Source: a virus (lineage: Duplodnaviria; Caudoviricetes). From it: a stretch of 37,612 nucleotides of DNA. A program made the translations under genes and the position numbers. The DNA lies in the IMG/VR virus record IMGVR_UViG_3300043036_000344, positions 1 through 37,612 of that record. One strand, written 5' to 3'. The notes under the pieces are model-generated. The model was not told where the DNA came from and made no database searches. It saw only the letters and a program-made list of their open reading frames with translations. Positions within the stretch are counted from its first letter, which is position 1. Every line of letters begins with the position of its first letter. Of this stretch, positions 19,897 through 26,824 are shown one piece after another.

Positions 19897-20154
19897 TTAA
19901 TGTCCAAGCACTTCTTTTTCAAGCGTAGCAGTAAAACGTGCATTCATTGACGGTACTACCAATGGTAGGAACAAAACTGGAGCACTGATTACTGATAGTA
20001 CAAGGTAAACTACTTGAGTTAGAAGTGGATTATCGGTAAAAGGGTTCTCGATACCTGCCGCCTGGGCTTTCCGCAATAGCGGGTTAAATACGGTAACAAG
20101 AGCCATAATACCTGTGGTTAATGCAAAGAGTGCATACCACTCAATCACGCCCAT
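19897..20154 (-). CDS. hypothetical membrane protein
   Basis: Two hydrophobic segments. Confidence 0.6.
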   Translation of the reverse strand: MGVIEWYALFALTTGIMALVTVFNPLLRKAQAAGIENPFTDNPLLTQVVYLVLSVISAPVLFLPLVVPSMNARFTATLEKEVLGH

Positions 20155-20528
20155 ACTAGATTGCCTTGCTTATCATGAGCACGAGCACCTAGTGTGAAGT
20201 TAACTTTGACATTTGGCAGCTTGGTTTGATCGCCGCTGTTTAGGTGCAGGCGAGCATTAGCACGAATCGTTTCGTTACTGGAAAAGACGTTAATGTCCAT
20301 TTTACCAGTAAACTCTTTAAATAGTCGAGCTTCACGAATCATTGTGTGAGTCCAGTATGGAACTGTAGGAGCCTTACGCTTGTTTTTGCTGTCTGTGAGT
20401 GCACGCTTAGCTTGCTCGTTGTTTGGCTGCGCTTTGATTGTGCGCTCTAGCCGACGTTTACGATTGGCTTCAGTACGGCTGCTGGTACTGGGTGCAGGAG
20501 CTGCTGCTTTAGTTTGTTTCGTTGCCAT
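20145..20528 (-). CDS. basic hypothetical protein
   Basis: 127 aa, ANRKRRLERTIKAQPNN. Confidence 0.65.
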   Translation of the reverse strand: MATKQTKAAAPAPSTSSRTEANRKRRLERTIKAQPNNEQAKRALTDSKNKRKAPTVPYWTHTMIREARLFKEFTGKMDINVFSSNETIRANARLHLNSGDQTKLPNVKVNFTLGARAHDKQGNLVWA

Positions 20529-20745
20529 AATGCCTTTTTCTAATTAAAAATGTTTTGGATTCTGTCTCGATTAAGTCGAGTGCCCCATTCTCCGCCAAAT
20601 ACTCTAGTACAGCAAATGCTTGATCACGTGTTTGTAGCTGAAAGCCAGCATGCTTAATTGATAAGCCTATGTGATCTAAGATATTGTTTGTAAGCAGTTT
20701 GTACTCGTCGTTGAATAGTTCAACGATTTGCGGAAATGGATTCAT
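20509..20745 (-). CDS. hypothetical protein
   Basis: 78 aa coupled ORF. Confidence 0.6.
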   Translation of the reverse strand: MNPFPQIVELFNDEYKLLTNNILDHIGLSIKHAGFQLQTRDQAFAVLEYLAENGALDLIETESKTFLIRKRHYGNETN

Positions 20746-21044
20746 TAGTCAAATACGCGAGTAAACTCGTTGCTGTACATGCCTTGCAATGCCATTTGAC
20801 CCATTTCGATAGTTTGTAGAGTATCTTTAATGTCTACAAGCAATTCAATAAGCGAATCAATAGAGTCTACGCAAAGTGGAATTGAACGACCGCAAGTATC
20901 AGAGATGGTAAAGTCTTCCATACCGCCTGGGTTAGTACCGATCTCAACTTGATTAAAGTAGTAATCGCCATCAGCTTCAAACAGGTCGTCTTTGCCAAAC
21001 ATATCGACGTCTTGGTGGGGAACTTGGGCAAACAAATATTTCAT
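20745..21044 (-). CDS. hypothetical protein
   Basis: 99 aa, AAGGA RBS, promoter upstream. Confidence 0.65.
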   Translation of the reverse strand: MKYLFAQVPHQDVDMFGKDDLFEADGDYYFNQVEIGTNPGGMEDFTISDTCGRSIPLCVDSIDSLIELLVDIKDTLQTIEMGQMALQGMYSNEFTRVFD

Positions 21045-21129
21045 GGGGTTTCCTTTTGTGGAGTGTTGTTGTTAAAGAATAATTATATCAAAAAACAATT
21101 GATAAATCAAGTGAATATTTCTACATACG

Positions 21130-21155
21130 AAAAAGCCCCTCAATTTGAGGGGCTT
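21130..21155 (-). terminator. rho-independent terminator closing the tRNA cluster
   Basis: AAGCCCCTCAAATTGAGGGGCTT followed by TTT on the minus strand. Confidence 0.75.
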
Positions 21156-21163
21156 AGTGTGGG

Positions 21164-21239
21164 TGGTGCGAGCCAAGGGAGTCGAACCCCTATTTTACAA
21201 ATTATGAGTTTGCGGCATTAACCTTTATGCTAGACTCGC
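21164..21239 (-). tRNA. tRNA with CAT anticodon (Met or Ile2)
   Basis: GCGAGTC/GGCTCGC acceptor, loop CTCATAA, TTCGACT, CCA. Confidence 0.85.
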
Positions 21240-21757
21240 GTTTTTGCTTTGACTTCCTCTAAGGAAATCGGTGTGTAGTTGATCTGTTCTAGACTCACAT
21301 TAAAGTACCGTGGGTCTGGTAGGTGTGATAGTTCACGAATTACTCGATTAGCGTGCAGGTGTCCGTGAATGTTTAAACCCCAACGTGCTAGTGATAGAGG
21401 GTGAACGGGAATGTGCGTTAAAATCATGCCATCAAACTGATGTGACCCACGAATATCTTTAAAATGTTCTAGGTAGGCCAGTGGTTTGCATAAGTCATGG
21501 TTGCCTTTGATTAAGATTTTTTCACCATTCATGCGCGATAAAAAGTCCAGTGAGTATGACTTCGTACTCATTGAAACGTCGCCTAAAAAGTACACTTTGT
21601 CACATGAACGAACTACACTATTGTGATTAGCAATAATGGTTTCGTTCATCTGCTCAACGGTATCAAACGGACGCAGCGGTGACCCGTCGTCGCGCTTGAA
21701 GCCTAGGATATTGGCATGACCAAAGTGATGGTCACTGCAAAAGAAAATGTTTGCCAT
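21230..21757 (-). CDS. calcineurin-like metallophosphoesterase
   Basis: SDHHFGH, LGD, GNHD, THIP, HGHLH. Confidence 0.88.
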   Translation of the reverse strand: MANIFFCSDHHFGHANILGFKRDDGSPLRPFDTVEQMNETIIANHNSVVRSCDKVYFLGDVSMSTKSYSLDFLSRMNGEKILIKGNHDLCKPLAYLEHFKDIRGSHQFDGMILTHIPVHPLSLARWGLNIHGHLHANRVIRELSHLPDPRYFNVSLEQINYTPISLEEVKAKTRV

Positions 21758-22059
21758 TAGTAAGTATTCCAGCTTGGAGTGCCTGTCATGGAATGACCAT
21801 CGTGCTTTTCTGGCACATAGTCTTCATACCAGCCTTCGATGTTATCAGAGTAGCTTTCAGGGTCGGCGTCAACTTCCTCATCCGAATATTCACACTGAGG
21901 GTAGATGCCATAAGAGTCAGCATGGTCAACGCCACACTGCCAAGCAAAGTCACCTAATTCTGTTTCAGTCATGGAAGTGGAAACAATCCAGAACTCATAA
22001 GCATCCGTACCAGCCATGCCAGCACTCATGCAGATTACAATTTTACGAGTGTTTGTCAT
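21757..22059 (-). CDS. acidic hypothetical protein
   Basis: Likely start MTNTRK at 22059, promoter upstream. Confidence 0.6.
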   Translation of the reverse strand: MTNTRKIVICMSAGMAGTDAYEFWIVSTSMTETELGDFAWQCGVDHADSYGIYPQCEYSDEEVDADPESYSDNIEGWYEDYVPEKHDGHSMTGTPSWNTY

Positions 22060-22125
22060 AATGCGAAATCCCCTAAATAAGTGTATATTATACATTATTT
22101 AGGGGATCAGTTCAAGTTTAAATTT

Positions 22126-22200
22126 TGGTACATCCTGTAGGGGTCAAACCTACGACCTGAGCCGTGTAAAGGCACTGCTCTATCACTGAGCTAAGGATGC
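22126..22200 (-). tRNA. tRNA-Val(TAC)
   Basis: Cloverleaf, loop TTTACAC, variant T-loop TTTGACC, CCA. Confidence 0.85.
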
Positions 22201-22206
22201 ATTTGT

Positions 22207-22280
22207 TGGAGCAGGGTGCGAGAATCGAACTCGCGGCATTAGCTTGGAAGGCTAAGGTATTACCACTATACGAACCCTGC
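22207..22280 (-). tRNA. tRNA-Gly(TCC)
   Basis: Cloverleaf, loop CTTCCAA, U73, CCA. Confidence 0.92.
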
Positions 22281-22284
22281 GTAT

Positions 22285-22509
22285 TTAACGTCGCATTGAA
22301 GCCACGTCAACAGCAGCTTGTTTGCTAAAAATAGGCTGTAAACAGCTTTTGTGTATGATTGAAATACCGATCATTTCTGTGCCGGTATATTCAGGAATTG
22401 TTTTAAGATTGCAGTCACCACCAGGCGTAACACGACTTGGCGGACGGGTAGTTGCTCGTGGAGTACCCATTTGTGGCGATAGTGGTTTGATGTTGAATTT
22501 GTGTTTCAT
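22285..22509 (-). CDS. hypothetical protein
   Basis: YTGTEMIGISIIHKSCLQPIFS..AVDVASMRR; start placed just after a TATAAT. Confidence 0.65.
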   Translation of the reverse strand: MKHKFNIKPLSPQMGTPRATTRPPSRVTPGGDCNLKTIPEYTGTEMIGISIIHKSCLQPIFSKQAAVDVASMRR

Positions 22510-22553
22510 AGCCATAATTATACGGCGATTCAACTCCGTAATCAAGTGTATTT

Positions 22554-22763
22554 TTACGGATTTAACATCTGCGGAACATACTCCGACCCACTCATTTTTG
22601 CGCCTGGTTTGCCGGTCATCTGTTCATAGTCTGAAACCATTGTAACATAAGTATGCTCTTTTTTACGCATAGCTTCACAAGCTACAAGCACTTCTGTTAA
22701 ATCGTCAAATTCTGCGCTACACGGCAGGTTTGAATCTTTGTTTGTCCAATAAACTTTAAACAT
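22554..22763 (-). CDS. hypothetical protein
   Basis: Start MFKVYW at 22763; the longer ORF call runs through a tRNA. Confidence 0.6.
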   Translation of the reverse strand: MFKVYWTNKDSNLPCSAEFDDLTEVLVACEAMRKKEHTYVTMVSDYEQMTGKPGAKMSGSEYVPQMLNP

Positions 22764-22797
22764 AAATTTTGCGTGTTTGGCGCAAGTGTAAAAATTG

Positions 22798-22873
22798 TGG
22801 TGCGGGCTACAGGGTTCGAACCTGCGACCTCGACGTTGGCAACGTCGCGCTCTACCAGCTGAGCTAAGCACGC
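22798..22873 (-). tRNA. tRNA-Gly(GCC)
   Basis: Cloverleaf, loop TTGCCAA, CCA; A discriminator and one acceptor mismatch. Confidence 0.88.
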
Positions 22874-22874
22874 A

Positions 22875-23207
22875 TTAAAAGGGTACGTCATCATCTAAAA
22901 TGGCATCGACCATTTTTTGGTGATCACGTTTGATTTTTGCTAATTCTTGTTGTATTGCATAATCATCTGCATAAGGAGCAACTTCTTCCAAATAGTGTTG
23001 TTGCTGGTTCTTATACCCAGCGTGTTCCATAATGGTTTCAGTTGTAATCTTTGAGAATAACAATAAACCTTGTTTATTTGCCCATATAAGATATTCGTAG
23101 TGGTCTGGAATTACATCACAGACACGGCATCCTTGTAGTTTACCGACCATTATCTTGTCAGTTAGTTCTAACAGCGGTGATTTTAATTTTTTGAATTGTA
23201 TAGCCAT
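22875..23207 (-). CDS. hypothetical protein with SSB-like C-terminal tail
   Basis: VGKLQG..DVIPDHYEYLIWA (ExoX C-terminal/DUF3820-like pattern); ends DDDVPF. Confidence 0.65.
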   Translation of the reverse strand: MAIQFKKLKSPLLELTDKIMVGKLQGCRVCDVIPDHYEYLIWANKQGLLLFSKITTETIMEHAGYKNQQQHYLEEVAPYADDYAIQQELAKIKRDHQKMVDAILDDDVPF

Positions 23208-23273
23208 ATATTAGCACACGCTTTGCTAGCAAGCAGCCTCAGTTTTTATACCCCAGCGGAGTGTGCTAATATA

Positions 23274-23365
23274 TGGCGGATAGCAGAGGAGTCGAACCCC
23301 ATCCGGGTTACCGGAACCTGGTTTTCAAGGCCAGTCGCAGGACCAACCCCGCTGCATTACTATCC
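23274..23365 (-). tRNA. tRNA-Ser(TGA) with 8/4 cloverleaf
   Basis: Acceptor GGATAGTA/TGCTATCC, T stem GGGG/CCTC, long variable arm, G73, CCA. Confidence 0.8.
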
Positions 23366-23373
23366 GTTTATTT

Positions 23374-23450
23374 TGGTTGCAGAGGCTGGATTCGAACCAG
23401 CGATTTCAGAGCTTATGAGACTCGACGGATGACCACTTCCATACTCTGCG
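23374..23450 (-). tRNA. initiator-type tRNA-fMet(CAT)
   Basis: C1:A72 mismatch, loop CTCATAA, CCA. Confidence 0.82.
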
Positions 23451-23457
23451 ATATTCT

Positions 23458-24054
23458 TTATTCTGTTAAACTTTGTTCAACAGCTTGTTCTAGTTCGGCT
23501 TCACGTTGCATGGCTTTAACAAACTTGGCAACGCGTTCGATTACTTCTTCACTAGTCAACCAAATGTCTTTGTTGTGCAACATAGATTGAATTTCTAGTT
23601 CAGTTAAAAAGTTGCGGTAAACTTCTGATAAAAAGTTTTCACTCCAAGCACGCTCAAATTGCAGCTGGTCATACATTTCACCACCTTTGCCAAACACACC
23701 AGCTGAGTAGTTGTGAAACATAAATAACGAATGTGGCGTTACTTCAAACTCATGACCGCTTAAAAAGATCATGGTTGCGGCACTCATACATGCACCTTCT
23801 ACTGAAGTAGTAATAGTGCCTTCACATTCACCCATTACGCGTAGGAACTGTAGTGCGGTATAAAGATCGCCACCGCAACTGTTGATATAAATCTTGATTG
23901 AATCGTTTGAACGAGCATTACGAATTGTGTCGAACCAGTCAATGTAGTGTTCTGCTTCTAAGACTTCACCACTTAGGTAGAATTCATAGCTGTTTGCTAG
24001 ATTCTTGGTAAATGTTGCCGGTTGGTCAAGTTTAGGGTCAAGTAGGTTATGCAT
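23458..24054 (-). CDS. clpP: ClpP-like protease subunit
   Basis: IYINSCGG, GACMSAAT (catalytic Ser), FMFH, DIWLTSEE. Confidence 0.85.
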   Translation of the reverse strand: MHNLLDPKLDQPATFTKNLANSYEFYLSGEVLEAEHYIDWFDTIRNARSNDSIKIYINSCGGDLYTALQFLRVMGECEGTITTSVEGACMSAATMIFLSGHEFEVTPHSLFMFHNYSAGVFGKGGEMYDQLQFERAWSENFLSEVYRNFLTELEIQSMLHNKDIWLTSEEVIERVAKFVKAMQREAELEQAVEQSLTE

Positions 24055-24072
24055 CTAGTTATTGTTATTAAG

Positions 24073-24480
24073 TGCCGGTATTCTGTTACGAGGAACCGGC
24101 GAAACCCTAGTCAGTTTTTAGGCTGCCAATGCGAAAACGTTGTCGTTAGCATTTATTGTGTTTTGCGTCTGCGACCGGAACCTCCAGTCCTACGGCTTCT
24201 ACATTGCCGAGTTGTCCACGTATTTACTCTTAGCCTAATCGATTACCGGAGCAGGCCCATCATAAGGAATCTTCTTCTAGTTGTTTTCTAATTTGTTCGG
24301 TATGGTAAACAACTATAGCATGGAAGTTATCTTTGTTAAGAGTATTCATAAACTCCTTAAAAAGTCCTTCGACATGATCTTTGTCAATATACTTAAACTG
24401 TAGCATCAAACTTCCTTATGGTGGACCTGGCGGGAGTCGAACCCGCGTCTTAAACTCTTTTCTGTCGGCTTCATACAACC
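24073..24480 (-). ncRNA. ssrA: circularly permuted (two-piece) tmRNA
   Basis: Acceptor piece about 24480-24419 ends GACGCGGGTTCGACTCCCGCCAGGTCCACCA; coding piece starts GGGCCTG at 24258 (G3:U70); tag frame AATAAAT-GCT AAC GAC AAC GTT TTC GCA TTG GCA GCC TAA = ANDNVFALAA. Confidence 0.9.
24260..24406 (-). CDS. 48 aa ORF inside the tmRNA intervening segment
   Basis: TAAGGAAG RBS; MLQFKYIDKDHVEGLFKEFMNTLNKDNFHAIVVYHTEQIRKQLEEDSL. Confidence 0.5.
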   Translation of the reverse strand: MLQFKYIDKDHVEGLFKEFMNTLNKDNFHAIVVYHTEQIRKQLEEDSL

Positions 24481-24586
24481 ATATTTTAGCACACTACCCA
24501 TGCTGGGTGCTCCCAGTTACCCGCGGAAGGTGTGTGTACAATTACTCCGCATCTATTTATTAAGTGGCAAGTAGTGTGCTAAAATA

Positions 24587-24661
24587 TGGTGCCCCAGGAG
24601 AGAATCGAACTCCCACACCCGGCTTACAAAACCGGACCTCTACCACTAAGGATACAAGGGC
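24587..24661 (-). tRNA. tRNA-Thr(TGT)
   Basis: Cloverleaf, loop TTTGTAA, CCA. Confidence 0.85.
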
Positions 24662-24704
24662 ATGGGCAAGTGTTTTTACAGAACACCCGCTACAAAACTG
24701 AAAA

Positions 24705-24780
24705 TGGAGTTGGTAACAGGACTCGAACCTGCATAATCTGGATTTGCAATCCAGTCCCTAGCCTTTCGGGTCACACCAAC
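24705..24780 (-). tRNA. tRNA-Cys(GCA)
   Basis: Loop TTGCAAA, U73, CCA. Confidence 0.88.
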
Positions 24781-24781
24781 A

Positions 24782-24988
24782 TTAAATACTGCGCTCGCGA
24801 ATACAACTTTCAAACGTTGCCCATAAGTTACTAAATTTGACTTCGTAAATTTGCTTTAAGCCAATTAAGTAGTTAAGTTGTTCATCTTCACTCATATCCT
24901 CACGAGCAGCAATAAAGTTATCAATGTCTTCAGTAACATTCCAGCACTTCATAATTTCTTGTTCTAGGTCAAAGCGGTCTTTTATCAT
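24782..24988 (-). CDS. hypothetical protein
   Basis: DRFDLEQEIMKCWNVTEDI; ATGA overlap. Confidence 0.65.
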   Translation of the reverse strand: MIKDRFDLEQEIMKCWNVTEDIDNFIAAREDMSEDEQLNYLIGLKQIYEVKFSNLWATFESCIRERSI

Positions 24989-25455
24989 TTTGCTAATACA
25001 AATTTTAATCGGTCAGCTGCGTAGCTTGCAGCAAAAGCATTGGGTTTAACTTGTGCATCAATGTTACAGGTGCCCTTGATATAACCAACAGCTTGCTGTA
25101 CAACTGCTGAGGATTTATACCGTTCATTAGGATTAATGTCTAGGTGAACTTCAACATAACGATCTTGTAGTACATCTGACAATTCATGGAACAAGTCCGA
25201 AACTTTATAAACTTCTTGCATTAGTCGCATCGAAGGTTTATTAGCTTTTTGGTCCCAATCACGTTCGCGTTGAACATCGCCAAAAATCTTGCAGCCATGT
25301 TTGCCGTCAATATGCACAACAATAGCTAGGGTATAATCTGCATACCATAAGCCGTCAACTTGAACACGCTCTGAATCCGCACCAAGATAAATCTTGGTTT
25401 CTGCTGATTGAGCAACGATAAAATCTTTGACTTCTTGAATGTTAAAGGTACGCAT
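24985..25455 (-). CDS. YkuK-family RNase H-like protein
   Basis: IYLGADS, RLMQEV, EVHLDIN, KPNAFAASYAAD. Confidence 0.8.
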   Translation of the reverse strand: MRTFNIQEVKDFIVAQSAETKIYLGADSERVQVDGLWYADYTLAIVVHIDGKHGCKIFGDVQRERDWDQKANKPSMRLMQEVYKVSDLFHELSDVLQDRYVEVHLDINPNERYKSSAVVQQAVGYIKGTCNIDAQVKPNAFAASYAADRLKFVLAK

Positions 25456-25467
25456 GATAATGGTTTG

Positions 25468-25545
25468 TGGTACGACTGGAGAGATTCGAACTCCCGGCTC
25501 CTGCGTTCGTAGCGCAGTACTCTAAGTCCACTGAGTTACAGTCGT
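25468..25545 (-). tRNA. tRNA-Arg(ACG)
   Basis: Cloverleaf, loop CTACGAA, CCA. Confidence 0.9.
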
Positions 25546-25550
25546 GTATT

Positions 25551-25628
25551 TGGCAGAGGTACAAGGATTCGAACCTTGGATGGTAGATTCAAAATCTACA
25601 GTCTTAGACCGGACTAGACGATACCCCA
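25551..25628 (-). tRNA. tRNA-Gln(TTG)
   Basis: Loop TTTTGAA, G73, CCA. Confidence 0.88.
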
Positions 25629-25637
25629 ACAATAAGA

Positions 25638-25757
25638 TAAAACTAAGAATAATTAGATTAGAGATTTGCCCGTGCATCCAGCGGCATTCAGGGAATCGAA
25701 CCCTGATCGTTTTTATTAACAGTAAAAGAAGTAACTAATCAAGTCGCTATAGTTTTA
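25638..25757 (-). ncRNA. TROVE-associated structured RNA, copy E (carries a tRNA-like insert)
   Basis: AAAACUA-UAGCG..GAUUAG-UUACUUC..CUAAUC..AUUCU-UAGUUUU. Confidence 0.7.
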
Positions 25758-25761
25758 AAAA

Positions 25762-25840
25762 TGGCTCCGTATATAGGATTCGAACCTATCTAGTCATTGA
25801 TTAACAGTCAAGTCCGTGCGCCTAGCTCGGATTCTACGGA
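25762..25840 (-). tRNA. tRNA-Asn(GTT)
   Basis: Loop CTGTTAA, G73, CCA. Confidence 0.85.
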
Positions 25841-26095
25841 ATATTTAACTCTAGTGCCCGGTGCGCCATCCCCGAGTGAGCTTCAGTACAGGAGAAAGAC
25901 CGTACTTACACACTATAGCGCGTTTTCACTAGAATTAAATATGCTGGTTACTTTATCCAGCGCCAATTAACGAATGGCAGTTCAATTGCTCGGACGCCCG
26001 ACAGGAACAACCCTTGTCATAACCGTTTACGTCTAGCGGACCTAAGGTAGGTCTTGGTGGATAACAGATGCCATAGCACCCGCTTCTCCATAACT

Positions 26096-26170
26096 TGGCG
26101 GCTTCAAGGGGTAACGATCCCCTTCTTTAGCAGTGACAGTGCTATGTGCGTCCATGAACACTTTGAAGCC
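26096..26170 (-). tRNA. tRNA-Asp(GTC)
   Basis: Loop CTGTCAC, G73, variant T-loop ATCGTTA, CCA. Confidence 0.85.
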
Positions 26171-26175
26171 TTTGT

Positions 26176-26259
26176 TGGTACGAGTAATCGGAGTCGAACC
26201 GATACGCACTAGGCGGCGAGTTTTAAGCCCGCTGGGTCTACCAATTCCCCCATACTCGC
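26176..26259 (-). tRNA. tRNA-Leu(TAA)
   Basis: Loop CTTAAAA, long variable arm, CCA. Confidence 0.9.
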
Positions 26260-26318
26260 ATTGTTGTTTTCAAAGAATAATTATAACTGATTAAGCATCG
26301 TAATGCAAATCTAAATTT

Positions 26319-26392
26319 TGGCACCGACCCAAGGACTCGAACCTTGACTGCTGATTTTGGAGACCAGAGTGCTGCCATTACACTAGGAGGGT
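26319..26392 (-). tRNA. tRNA-Trp(CCA)
   Basis: Loop CTCCAAA, G73, CCA; two acceptor mismatches. Confidence 0.78.
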
Positions 26393-26559
26393 ATATATTC
26401 TAGCAATGCTTCTTGCGTTTCCGAATTATTGCGAGTAATTTTATCTTGTTCACTATCCGATTCATGCGATAGTTTATCGCGATTAAAGATTGCGTCCCAA
26501 CGATCAGCATATTCTTGATCGCTAACGCTAAGTGGTCTTGGTGACGAACCTTTTGACAT
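26383..26559 (-). CDS. 58 aa hypothetical protein
   Basis: TAAGGA RBS; MSKGSSPRPLSVSDQEYADRWDAIF...; stop lies inside the tRNA-Trp 5' end. Confidence 0.6.
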   Translation of the reverse strand: MSKGSSPRPLSVSDQEYADRWDAIFNRDKLSHESDSEQDKITRNNSETQEALLEYIPS

Positions 26560-26575
26560 ACGTTTCCTTATTAAA

Positions 26576-26678
26576 AAGCCCTTGAATAATATTAACAGTG
26601 GCTAAGTTCTCACTTAACCTGAGTTAGCCGCGGTTGGGCGGCTTTGGAAGATGTATCTGTTAAAAGCGCAAAGGGCTT
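26576..26678 (-). ncRNA. TROVE-associated structured RNA, copy D
   Basis: AAGCCCU-UUGCG..UUAACAG-AUACAUC..CUGUUAA..AUUCA-AGGGCUU. Confidence 0.72.
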
Positions 26679-26758
26679 AGATTTGTTGAGGAATAAGGCG
26701 ATACGGGGACGTGATTTCACCATAAGAAGTATCCGTATCTAACACCATCAACAAATCT
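26679..26758 (-). ncRNA. TROVE-associated structured RNA, copy C
   Basis: AGAUUUGUUGA-UGGUG..GAUACGG-AUACUUC..CCGUAUC..AUUCC-UCAACAAAUCU. Confidence 0.75.
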
Positions 26759-26824
26759 AAGCCCTTAGCTTAGAGCCTCACTTTTCTACCACCTGACTGG
26801 CTACAGGCTAGGGTCGTGAGTAGT

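Noticed and set aside
23274-23365. Selenocysteine or opal suppressor tRNA
   Set aside because: The anticodon reads UGA (decodes UCA, Ser), not UCA, and the fold is 8/4 rather than bacterial 8/5
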